A stretch of 64,000 bases of DNA. Origin: Trypanosoma brucei (taxonomy: Eukaryota). This document shows, piece after piece, positions 44,516 to 54,909 of this stretch. Within the stretch, counting starts at the first letter, position 1, and each line of letters starts with the position of its first letter. The position numbers and the translations under genes were made by a program. The stretch is from assembly GCA_000002445.1 (NCBI GenBank), contig CM000208.1, positions 3,232,001 through 3,296,000 of the forward strand. Direction: 5' to 3'. Below the pieces are notes generated by a model that was not told the origin of the DNA, searched no databases, and worked only from the letters and a program-made list of their open reading frames with translations.

Positions 44516-45760
44516 CAGTCGAGGTAGACACGGAAATGCACTCCGCAGAGCCTCCGCCAAACTATGGAAGGAAATAAATGTCATTACAGTGCAGAGGCCC
44601 CTTCCCCACCCTACTTGTGACAAGAACAGAACACATGCATCACACATGCAAAAGATAAAAATATATACGTCGACACAAAGTACCATATATTAACAGCGCA
44701 CATAATCATGAACTCATGAACGCAGCGATATTCATATCCTGCAAGAACAAAGAATATACCCAATGAAAAGGTATCAATCATCTTTTGACTGGAACCAGGC
44801 TACTTTGATCCAACCCTATCAAACTGGTATGGGTAAAAACGTACCAGTTATTATGACACCTAGATAACACCATGTATTTGAGTGTTGATTATTTAGCCGT
44901 TCACACCAATCACCAATGGCAGAAGTCCGTAGAGTAACTGGCAAAACCAAATCAGTTGTGTTCACGCGTAGCATATACACCATACCGTGCAACTAATAAC
45001 GGTACCGATATGCCATTCACACTCACACATCCCACAGATTCTCCACGCTATCTGTCACCGTGCTTGGCACTTTCACAAGTTCCATCTGCTTCAGCTATGC
45101 TACTTCAGTACCACTAATTGTACAAACATATTCCGTGGCGTATGCCCACACAGACACACACACGTGATAATCCTACTGAAAAGAGGCAATGTGAAGAAGT
45201 AAAAACACCGATGAAAGCAATACAAAAACAGCGAGTGGGGAAGGCGACCTACCCGAAAAGAAACATTAAAACGCACATTAACTTTTTTCTAATGGAAAAC
45301 AATGGGTATCATATCAATGGACGAAAATAATTAAAAAAAGAATAACAATGCAGGGCAGTGAGCAGAACCATACAATGAGTCAAATGGGAATGCAGCAGCA
45401 GCCAACCACGGTTGCAGCAAACATGTCGCCTCGATGTCTCAATCATAACCCACGTATGGTAGTCTGTGTTACCCTTGGGTTCATACGCCCTCCTAAAGAA
45501 ACAAGTTGTAAAATGTTATACTACGCCGGAAACTATTTATTATTATATCCACTCTCTCCACAGAACCAATCACTCTCTCGTTATTAACACACTAAATTAC
45601 GGAATAAAAGTTAGACATTAGTGTCACAGCGCTCTTCAGATGTTAAGGGGTTTCGATATTAGCGAATAGAATGAGGAGTAAAAAGAGAGTCAAACATATC
45701 AAATCATAAATAACAAATAACCAAATATGAGAAGAAGGGGAAGAATAAAGCATCATGTAC

Positions 45761-46107
45761 TCATTTAGTTATATCAGACACCACCTGCCCACCATGACGC
45801 CGCACGAAATCCAGACGGCGGGGCACCAGGAATGCCTTCCCTTTGCCAAGTCGGAAAAAGATGGCAACGGCAAGAAGCCCGCTTAGCATGCCAATAACGC
45901 TACCAGCCACTACATCACCGCTGTGGTGACGATTGTCGCGTAACCGACGAAGTTGCGGGAGAATGCACGGTCTCGGCATGTGTTTTTTCTCTTAATACCT
46001 TGCAATATTTTTCCACTACATGATAGCTGCATCGCAACTGTTATTGAAGGTGCGGTTTGGTGCGGAAAAGATGTGGTGAAGGCCTCAATCCGCATAATGG
46101 ATTGCAT
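45761..46107 (-). pseudogene. Remnant of a PAP2 / lipid phosphate phosphatase gene (catalytic motif C3 intact, upstream part frameshifted or degenerate)
   Basis: ORF 45761..45979 encodes LRRLRDNRHHSGDVVAGSVIGMLSGLLAV, a perfect PAP2 motif 3 (SRxxxxxHxxxDVxxGxxxG). In a different frame, about 44 codons upstream (ORF 45910..46107), lies SFPHQTAPS where motif 2 (SFxSGH) should be, at the expected spacing. An in-frame TAA sits 4 codons upstream of the first frame's start. No membrane N-terminal half is found. Confidence 0.35.
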
Positions 46108-46518
46108 CCTGCCGTCGCATGCCGCTAGCGTTATTTCATCTCTTCCCTTTCTTCTGCCGAGTTGTTAGAGCTGCATTTAAGCCTTATGTACCTTTACTTT
46201 TTTTTTCTATTCTTAAAGAACACTCAGCCCTCCTTATAGTCTTAGCGGTTGAGCAGGAAATCAGCATAAATAAAGAAGTGCGTCAATACTTGCCATATTG
46301 GCTGTTGCGACGAGAGGAAAGTGGAAATTTTTGTTTCTCTGCAGTAATACTGCACGTTTTCCTCCTTTCTTTTCCTTGATTTTTTTCAGTAGAGTACTAA
46401 TTAATAATAGGTGTTTAGTAGTTTCCTGGTTACTCATAATAATAATAAGTGAATAATATGTCAACAGAGGGAGGGGGAACGAGTGATGATAAAAAAAAAA
46501 GGAGGATTTCAGCATTAC

Positions 46519-47514
46519 TCACAGATATTCCAACGAGTAACCGAACACCATCTTTATTGCATCGAAGAAGTTTGCTCTCCACCCTTCCTTCACGTTCTGC
46601 AGTTCACCCTCCGGAATGCCCACCTGAGCAAACTCCAGCAACGTCACCCCCTGTTCTTCTTGTTCCAGCGACATGACAACGGAGCTGTGGATGCCGCTCG
46701 GCCAACTGCGAAGCCTCCATTGCATCTTAATTAATGAATTTGGCACCACTTCAACAAAGAAACCCGTGATGACTCCACCAAGGAAGTCAAATATGCCTCC
46801 CGAGCGGGGGTCGATCTTCGCGGGGGCACGCGTGTATACTGAGGCTCGCTGCTCATTCATAAGCACAGTGAAGAGCTCCTCAACAGGAATTCTCCACCGC
46901 ATCTTCCACGAAAAGTTTGTGGACGATACATTACCACCTGCTGAGCTCGTTGTAGGTTTTTCGTGGGTGCTTGCCGACTTGTTATTCTGTGGAGGTGGGG
47001 GCGGCAGCGATGATCCGTTCTTCAGGTTCTTACCGATTTGATAGGTCTCAAACAACTCTTCGAAGTATTTGGTGATGACGCCACGGACTGCTGCACGACC
47101 CTTCGCACGCACGACAGCCTCAGCCCTCTGCGTCTCATCTTTGTTATCCGTTGTCGTAACCACGATATCGTACTCGTCGCGGAAGCTATCGTGATCAACC
47201 TCTGGAACAGTCATCTTACCCGACACCTCCTTCTCACCGGACCACTTCAATGTTAGTTTAAGTTCAAAGTAACACATCATCTTTCCTTTGCGCTGTGCAA
47301 CCGTCACGTCTCCAGAGATTTCACTCACCTCCGAAATGTGAAGGTTGTAACCATCGTCATCGCTGCATAACTTGAAGTTGTTAAGTCTGCGCTTGAGTTC
47401 CTCATGGCAGTCGTTGGAGAGGTCCCGTTCTTCCCAGTGCCAAGCGTTCACATTCTGTCCATCCTTACGGTCATTCACAATCCAGCGCGGATCTCCTTCA
47501 CCTATACGCGCCAT
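46519..47514 (-). CDS. AHA1: Activator of Hsp90 ATPase (AHA1)
   Basis: The track start is a TTG. The true ATG is at 47514..47512 (MARIGEGDPRWIVNDRKDGQNVNAWHWEE...), the AHA1 N-domain signature. The C-terminal AHSA1/START-like domain is VYTRAPAKIDPRSGGIFDFLGGVITGFFVEVVP. Confidence 0.85.
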   Translation of the reverse strand: MARIGEGDPRWIVNDRKDGQNVNAWHWEERDLSNDCHEELKRRLNNFKLCSDDDGYNLHISEVSEISGDVTVAQRKGKMMCYFELKLTLKWSGEKEVSGKMTVPEVDHDSFRDEYDIVVTTTDNKDETQRAEAVVRAKGRAAVRGVITKYFEELFETYQIGKNLKNGSSLPPPPPQNNKSASTHEKPTTSSAGGNVSSTNFSWKMRWRIPVEELFTVLMNEQRASVYTRAPAKIDPRSGGIFDFLGGVITGFFVEVVPNSLIKMQWRLRSWPSGIHSSVVMSLEQEEQGVTLLEFAQVGIPEGELQNVKEGWRANFFDAIKMVFGYSLEYL

Positions 47515-47542
47515 GCTCTGCCACAAAGTTGGTTAAGCTGTG

Positions 47543-47563
47543 ATATATATATATATATATATT
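47543..47563. repeat. (AT)n microsatellite, about 10 units, 30 nt upstream of the AHA1 ATG
   Basis: Direct read. Confidence 0.95.
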
Positions 47564-48313
47564 TCTCCTCGTTGGACTGTTCTGCCTCGTTAGACTTGAC
47601 TCCTCTTTGACACCGTTTCACTTAGCGCCCGGAAGATTTGAAAATATCTTCTCCCTTCTTGTCTTTTTTTTTCCTAGTTGTTATGAGATAAGATCTTTCT
47701 ACTTCCTTTTTTGTCTTGTTTAAACGCCCCTCTACCTCTTGAATCCTTTTGACCACTTTACACGCCGCTATCGAATAGGAAAAATTTTCACATAGGGGAA
47801 AACGGTATACTTCTTTTCACCTGTTTAAAGTAGTTCTTTTGCTTTATTCCGCACCTGCACACAAGTATATACCATGCGCACACGCGTGTGTATGAGTACA
47901 ACCTCGTTACCTTCTTATGTGCTTCTGTTGCCGTTCAAAGTTAATTTCCGCAGCTCCCGCTTTTAGCGACACCCACACCCCACCGGTGTACAGCGGTGCC
48001 CGCACAGTAACGTTGTTGCTGATTTCCTTTCAGTTCGTTTCGGTTTAACGGCGCTCGATGGGACCGGTGGAAGCATTAATAAACAAAAAAAGAAGGCAGA
48101 AACAATCCGGGTGAACTGATGTGTCACGCGACATTGCTTCTGTCGCACAAAACCTTAATTGGCTTCTTTTCTATTTTTCCCCTCCATTCCTTTACCGCTT
48201 CTTTTCACCCAATTTCACTATTTTTTCCCCCCAGTGGATGCAATCTTTCCTAGGCACAGATGGGCATTCATTAAGTGTCGCGCCGACTATTTGCTCCCTT
48301 CCCTTCAAAATCT

Positions 48314-49447
48314 TCAACATTTATTTTCAACCTCTTCATCAACATTGTTCTCCTCCGTCTCCACATTCGAGCAATCAATGGCGTCACCATCCTCGTTGTT
48401 GTTGCTTTCGCCGCCGTTGCCATTACTGGCGGCTTCTTCACCGCTTATGTTGGCACCTTCATTGTTACAATTGACTTCCATGGGACAGGAGACAGAATCC
48501 GACTCGGTTTTCATGGGCAACGTCGCGGATTTCTCGGGTTCCGTGTCTTCCCCCCCTTCGATCTTTCGCCGGGAGTGGCGATGGCCCTTTTCACCCTCCT
48601 CGTCGGACGAACTTTCTTCGCTTCCCGAAATGGAGCCCGTACGCCCCTCCTTTAGATTGCGCTCCGCCAGTTTACGTTCGTACTTTTCGGCGTCACGGCG
48701 GACGACGTCAAGAAACTGCTTTCGTTGTACCTCGCGCAGTTTCAGTGTCTCCTCAGGTGGTTGAGGGTTTGCCGGCGGGCGGGTGTACGGCGCTGGACGA
48801 CCGAGTGGCCCGCCAGCATAAACACCGCGCGGTGCACCCCACGGCTGCTGCGGGGGCGGGGGGACGTACGCCATTGGGGCTGTTGGTGGCATGACATGCA
48901 TACCTGGAGCCGCAGCTGGTGCCTGAGGAAGGAGACTCGCCATAAGCACCTGTTGCTGCTCTGCAGTGAGGTTGTTTACATCTATGGCGCCCTGCTGCAG
49001 GAGCTGAAGGAGAAGAGTGGCACCCTGTTGCTGCTGCTGTTGAACCATACCAGGCAAGAAACTCGCAGGAACAGACACGGCAGGCACTTGAGGTTGTGAA
49101 GGAACTTGTGGATGCTGACCCGCGCTGCTCGCAGTATTGCTGGCGGCGGGCGCAGGGGTCGGGTTGTTGTTGTACCCTTCAGGCCTGCCAACGTTACCCT
49201 TGCTAATACCAACCTTTATTTTCCTTCCAGCTAGTGTGAATCCGTTGTACTTCATCGCTCGCGCACGATCATCCTCGGTGGCAAAATCAATAAAACCGTA
49301 GCGATACGGATCCTCGTCACGACCATTAAGGGAACAATCAACAATAGTGCCACATTGGGAAAAGACCTGACGGAGAACCTCCAACGTCACACTTCTGTCA
49401 ATATTACCAATGTAACAGCCAAACCGCTGCTGTCCAACATGCGCCAT
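48314..49447 (-). CDS. RNA-binding protein with an N-terminal RRM, Q/P-rich low-complexity centre and acidic C-terminal tail
   Basis: 377-aa ORF with a true ATG. RNP-2 is CYIGNI and RNP-1 is RYGFIDFA within the first 85 residues. A poly-Q/Pro-rich region and an Asp/Glu/Asn-rich tail follow. I have an unverified recollection that a T. brucei RBP (RBP29) lies between AHA1 and the L7-like gene on chr10; treat this as a hypothesis. Confidence 0.75.
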   Translation of the reverse strand: MAHVGQQRFGCYIGNIDRSVTLEVLRQVFSQCGTIVDCSLNGRDEDPYRYGFIDFATEDDRARAMKYNGFTLAGRKIKVGISKGNVGRPEGYNNNPTPAPAASNTASSAGQHPQVPSQPQVPAVSVPASFLPGMVQQQQQQGATLLLQLLQQGAIDVNNLTAEQQQVLMASLLPQAPAAAPGMHVMPPTAPMAYVPPPPQQPWGAPRGVYAGGPLGRPAPYTRPPANPQPPEETLKLREVQRKQFLDVVRRDAEKYERKLAERNLKEGRTGSISGSEESSSDEEGEKGHRHSRRKIEGGEDTEPEKSATLPMKTESDSVSCPMEVNCNNEGANISGEEAASNGNGGESNNNEDGDAIDCSNVETEENNVDEEVENKC

Positions 49448-50534
49448 CCGTTCGGCGCTTGCCTTTGTGTGTACTTAGAACTTAGGCAGACACCAAGAAA
49501 GGAAGGTCTCGGTTGAGTGCAACAATTCAAAATAGGGACCTCTGTTTCCCCGCAGTCGTTCCCACCCCTCAAAAAAAAAAAAATACCACCACCACCACCA
49601 ACAATAACAACAAACACCCCACCCTTACTTTTTGTATTTGCCTTCTTAGTTATTTTCTGATTTGTCACTTTCCTCCGTTAATCTTTTTTATCCTAATGCC
49701 CTCTGCGATTACCTTTTCGTCTTGCTTTGATGGTTTAGCTATCTATTTTCTAGGCTCCGCTCCGCCTTTAGTCGTTACCCTGCGCCTTATTATTAGTTAT
49801 GTCTATTATCACCACAGCTGTTACTGTTATTGTCCGATTTCGTAGATAAACCTAGTACCAGACTTCAGAAATTACCTTGTGGAAGCTAGCTCCTAGCATA
49901 AGGGTTGAAAGCAAAATAAATTTTAAAAAAGCAAACAGAGAAGTGTGGGTAGTAAGAAGGGAAATGATATAACAGTGAGGTGCAAAGAATAAAAAGGAAA
50001 AGGAGAACGGTAGCACTATCGATACTCCCCATCACTTTTCCTCCTTCTCCCTTTATAGTCCCAAGTATTGTACTTTTGTGGGGGAAAGGCAGGCCAAGGA
50101 GCTGAAGTGGGGGTGGGGGGAAAGGTGATGATGAAATGCTGATGTCAACAACAGTATATATAAACTGATGTGCAATTTTTTTTATAAATTATTTCGCTGC
50201 CGTACAAGAAATGCACATATTACACGATTATATTACAAAACACCGGTGTCGATGAGGCGACTTTCACCAATCTCAGCACTCCTACTCTCCCTCTTTCCTT
50301 TGCAATCCCTTTATTTTCCTCCCTTCTTTGAAATGCTGTTGAATATTAAACACTTTAAAACTTCGGTGACACTGGTGGTGAACGCTTTTCTCCTCTCCTC
50401 TCTCCTCCACATTCACACAACCCCACACGCGTACACCGTTATGTAATCGGAGAAAAGAAAGTACCGAACATGATATAAGTCCATCTGCAGCTTCCAGATC
50501 CGTAGACCAGCCATACGAGGGCAGGCGTGTACAT

Positions 50535-51431
50535 TTACGATGTTTTTTGCGAAGACTGCGATGACTCCTCTACGGCCTTCCGCTTGCCTACAGCCCTTTT
50601 CTCGCGTCTAGCCGAAGCCTTCAACTCCTGTGCCAGGTAAGCGGCAAAGGACTCCTTGTTCATAACTTCCATCTTCTGATACACGTTACGATGCCGCTCC
50701 ATGAATAACTGCCGTGGTGGGTGGAAATCAAAGGGAGCTATGTGCTTGAGAACATCCCTCACATGCTCCGTTTTGTTGATGATAACGTCACATAGATCCT
50801 CAATACACAGCACGTTGTACTCCCCGAGTGCCTTTTCTAGCATGAGATTGCCATTGATGAGTCGTTTTGTTTTTGTTTCTTCATTCCAAAGAGCCCCACG
50901 TGTACGTAGCAACTCGTTTAGTTGCGCTGGTTCGGGGTGGCCAACAACAGAAAAGGGGCCTAACTGCTTTACAAGTGGGTCGGTGAAGGGGTTCAAACAT
51001 AAAAGTCGTGCAGAGTAAAGTTTCCTAAGCCCTAACCGGCCGAAGGCCAAAGCAACTTCATGTGGTATCAACTTACCGCGCGCCCGGACAATCAGTACGA
51101 CCCGCGAGTCTTCAAGGGACTTTCCGTACTCCTCTTCTCCCATTCGCCCTTTCTTACCTGTTGCCTTCTCACCGATCTTTTGAAACAAACGCCCTTGCTT
51201 TTCCCTCAGTTGGGCGCGTTTTAATATCGTCTGCGCACTGATAAATTTCTTTGTGCTGAGCTTTCGCTTCCTCTTAGCGTCTATTTTGGCCTTGTGTCGC
51301 TCACGCCGCTCCTGCAGTTTGTCACGCCGGAGCACGCGATCTACGCGGAGCTGCTCGACAGATTTGCGCTGCAGAAGAATGGTTTCCTTCACACGCTCTC
51401 CCGGGAGCCATTTAGGAGGGTTTTTACCCAT
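50535..51431 (-). CDS. uL30-family protein (ribosomal protein L7 / ribosome-biogenesis RLP7-like)
   Basis: The track start is a TTG in intergenic (TA)-rich sequence. The true ATG is at 51431..51429 (MGKNPPKWLPGERVKETILLQRK...). A Lys-rich N-terminal region is followed by the L30 fold (RVVLIVRARGKLIPHEVALAFGRLGLRKLYSARLL). The N- and C-terminal extensions are longer than a canonical L7. Confidence 0.65.
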   Translation of the reverse strand: MGKNPPKWLPGERVKETILLQRKSVEQLRVDRVLRRDKLQERRERHKAKIDAKRKRKLSTKKFISAQTILKRAQLREKQGRLFQKIGEKATGKKGRMGEEEYGKSLEDSRVVLIVRARGKLIPHEVALAFGRLGLRKLYSARLLCLNPFTDPLVKQLGPFSVVGHPEPAQLNELLRTRGALWNEETKTKRLINGNLMLEKALGEYNVLCIEDLCDVIINKTEHVRDVLKHIAPFDFHPPRQLFMERHRNVYQKMEVMNKESFAAYLAQELKASARREKRAVGKRKAVEESSQSSQKTS

Positions 51432-52572
51432 AGCAACTGCACAAACTGAATATATATGTATAGAAATATATATGTGTATGTATGCAACGCTGAAACTTTG
51501 GATGAAGCACGAAGCCGAAATGGGGCGCCCTCTCAACGGGAGATGTTACGCTAGCCTTCACTAATACATTGTTTTTTTTAAATACGAGTATGAGAAGTTT
51601 AGATGGAAAATGTGAAGAAGGAAGAAGCAGCTAAATCGAATAGAGTAACAGCAAGGGATAAACACAGGCGAATGTGCAGCGGTTACGGCGGGGAGCCAAT
51701 CCATGAACGAGTGCTCGAGAAAGTAAAGTATACGCACACACAAAAAAGACAAAAACAGCACGTTGCCGCTGTACCCGCTCCAGTTTCTGTTGTTTATCGC
51801 CTCCCTTCCTTTTGTTTATTTTTTTTATTATTACATTTGCCCTTCTACCGTGCGACGCCCCCACCGACAGCAACAAACAAAAAGGCGTGCGGAGTATGAT
51901 AATAATATATGTGAAACACGTGCACTTGCGAGCGGGTAGAATAATTTAACATTTTTTTTTTAGTCGTACGTAACACGAGAAAATCATATGCGACACACAC
52001 CACCACAAAGAAAAAAAAACAAGAAACGAAAAGAGTAAGACAACAATAAGAAGACGATCAGTAGCCGCACATCTATTTGCCAACCTGGTACAAAAACCTC
52101 ACAATAAGGACGAACATCAACGTAACGAAAAGTGGAATAAACTAATTTTTTCTCCCCTTTTGTTTGATATGAAGAAAAAAACTTGGGAAGAGGAGGGAGG
52201 TCATACAAATAAAAAGGAAATGGTTGGTGCAAAACGACGATCGGTTCTCCATCATGCTTCCTCCCATCTCCCATCACTTGCCTCATATGAAAGCACTGGA
52301 ATAAACTAATGCATATTTCAGTGGCATTAGCACCCCAGTCGGCATTTGCTGCGGCAACGGTATTCGGCTCCCGCTACTTTCGCTTATCTGAGTCAACCAA
52401 CATTCAGCTAAACATTATGGTCAACTCCCCCTCTTCCTCCACGTATTAGGTAAAACGCATTTTGCCTCATGCCATTGGCAGAGCTGAATTAGCGTGTATA
52501 AAAAAAAATATATGAACTTTTACATGGACTTGTGTATTTTATTAAAGGGAAAAGGTGGGGAAGACGATCCCC

Positions 52573-54357
52573 TTAGTGGCGCAGAAGCTTAAGTTCAAGA
52601 GATATTTGCCCCTCAGGATCGAGATTCATATCACCACGTATAATATCACCGGGGGCTGCCGCAACCTGGCTAAGCATGATTCGCAAAGTTCCCATGAGTC
52701 GGTCCTTTACAAGGTCATTTTTGTCAAGTATGGATATGTGCAGCACATCGCTGCGAATGTCGTACACCTCCAATGCCGCCTCAAAGTTGAAATCAGGGTT
52801 GAGGGTTGAACTAATATACGGGGATTTGCGTGTTTGCTTGCGCAGCTGTAACTTGACGTATGGGTCGGAGACCCCAATAGTTTCTTTGTTCTTCAGATTC
52901 CTGCAGCGTTGCACCGTGACGAAAAGCGTTCCACCCCCGTGGTTTTCAACACCATCATCGTTCGGCACCGTCGAGCGAGTGCTTGGAGGTACGATCGCAT
53001 CGCTTGTCGACTTCAAACTATTCGCAAATGATTCCGATACCGCACGCGACGGCGCCTGTTGGGGAGCGGAACCTGTTGTAGTTGTCCCACCGGTGTTATA
53101 CGGTAAAAACTCAGGCATGATTAATAGCTTCGAGCGAACTGTTGTCCTTGAACCGGATGTTTTCGACATCATGCAGGTGTATTCGCGGCCTTTGCTCTCC
53201 ACCAAGGACTTCACAGGCACAACACACTCACCAATTAGAACGTCGTACCCAGGCACATCAAAATACATCCAAAAATGCAAGGTGAGTTCTGTGTCGTACA
53301 AAATGAAACTAAATACGTCACTAAACGTCGTGTCCAACCCGCTGTAGATATTGCTTTTCAGAAGCCTCTTCTTCGGGTCTTCACCGGACATCAACAGTTT
53401 GATGTAATACGGCGTCTTCGCCCGGTCAGACACGTAGCGGTGGTACCACTCGTTTGCCCGCAGAAAGCGAATGCGTAGAGTTCCCATAGCAGAGTCAGCA
53501 AGAGAAGTGTCCATTTCATATCCCTGTACTATTGGAAAGGTCCACCTTTTGGGATATTGCATCATACCAACCAATGTCTTCCGGAAGAAATTGTCCAGAA
53601 AGGAACCCACGGCTGGTACGGCATCCAATGCCACTCCACCTGCTGAAATGTCGAAATTGAGCATCCATAGTTTCATAATCGAAACAGACATGTTCCCGAA
53701 GCAGGGCCACACGGAAACATATGGAAATAGCACAACTCTTGTTTGCATGCTGAGTTGCAACCGACGCACGTGGACGTTCATATCCGGACCTGGCATATCT
53801 AAATGAATAACAATGTCCATATCACTGTCCCATGTCATCGTAACATCCAATATCGACTCCTTCTCCCGACTGGGATGATACTGGATACCGGTGATTACGA
53901 ATGGTTGGCTGCCCATAGTGCACTGTTTGAGATTCATGCTGTAAATAAAAGAAGGCTTATAGGTCTCAAGAAGTGGTTCAAGGCAATTCTTCACCGTTGT
54001 CGCTGTCGCTTCGGAGATAGGTTTCCACATTTCGTTAATGAGGGAGTTCAACCACTGGACATTGTTCGCGCTGGGGTTGATGAGCCACTCAGGTAAATCC
54101 CTTTCAAGAACTGTTTTCATGAACTCCTTGTCCCTCATAAGACGGTGGGCATGAAGAATGTTGAATGCCGTTCTTTTGCCCTCCTTTCGAATCAGATACG
54201 ACACCGCACCGACGACCAGAGCAACTTCCACGAGCAAAACGAGTCCAATGGAATAGATGCATCGCAGTACAAGCCACGCAATTACCACCGCCAGAAAGAT
54301 GTGACTGGGGTTATTGAGCTCACCGAAGCGCTGCATCAGTTCATTTGCCTTTTCCAT
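52573..54357 (-). CDS. Extended-synaptotagmin / tricalbin-like protein: N-terminal TM hairpin, SMP lipid-transfer domain, C-terminal C2 domain
   Basis: The track start is a TTG. The first ATG is at 54357..54355 (MEKANELMQRF...). A hydrophobic anchor is IFLAVVIAWLVLRCIYSIGLVLLVEVALVVGAVSYLI. The SMP start is EWLINPSANNVQWLNSLINEMWKPI. The C-terminal C2 domain is GTLFVTVQRCRNLKNKETIGVSDPYVKLQL...ISILDKNDLVKDRLMG. Confidence 0.75.
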   Translation of the reverse strand: MEKANELMQRFGELNNPSHIFLAVVIAWLVLRCIYSIGLVLLVEVALVVGAVSYLIRKEGKRTAFNILHAHRLMRDKEFMKTVLERDLPEWLINPSANNVQWLNSLINEMWKPISEATATTVKNCLEPLLETYKPSFIYSMNLKQCTMGSQPFVITGIQYHPSREKESILDVTMTWDSDMDIVIHLDMPGPDMNVHVRRLQLSMQTRVVLFPYVSVWPCFGNMSVSIMKLWMLNFDISAGGVALDAVPAVGSFLDNFFRKTLVGMMQYPKRWTFPIVQGYEMDTSLADSAMGTLRIRFLRANEWYHRYVSDRAKTPYYIKLLMSGEDPKKRLLKSNIYSGLDTTFSDVFSFILYDTELTLHFWMYFDVPGYDVLIGECVVPVKSLVESKGREYTCMMSKTSGSRTTVRSKLLIMPEFLPYNTGGTTTTGSAPQQAPSRAVSESFANSLKSTSDAIVPPSTRSTVPNDDGVENHGGGTLFVTVQRCRNLKNKETIGVSDPYVKLQLRKQTRKSPYISSTLNPDFNFEAALEVYDIRSDVLHISILDKNDLVKDRLMGTLRIMLSQVAAAPGDIIRGDMNLDPEGQISLELKLLRH

Positions 54358-54909
54358 GGTTGCTCGAGGGTACCACACCGACTCTTTTGATAAATATGGC
54401 AATTTCGCTGGTTCGAATGGGTATATATATATGTATCTGGATTCAACTCAAACACCGAACTGAACACAGAAGGAACCTAACCGGATCCTTTCCGCGTTAC
54501 CGTCCCTCCCCGTTTGCGCTCAAATATCAGAAGCTGCCGTCGGGGGTCTTCCTATTTTTCCCGTCCCTTTGGTGTTATCCCCTGTCTTTCTTGTTAACAG
54601 AGCTTGCTCACCCTCGCTCTCCCCCCCCTTTCGTTTTGTTCTTATATTTAGCTGTTTTTTCCTAATATGAGATGGTATTGCTTGTGCCTTCACCGTGATG
54701 GTGAATGCAAGTAACGACAAAATTCATTGCGAAAAAGTGCCACATAAAGAGAAGTTGCAGAAGGGAGAGAACTTTACACTCAGTAGAATAATACGTGTGC
54801 ACCAAACCATCTCTATGTCAATATACCGACTTGGGGAGTCCCAGCACCTCCATGACACACCAGAGTACAAAGAAACTCTTCTTCACTCCCTACTTTCATA
54901 TCGTTACAG

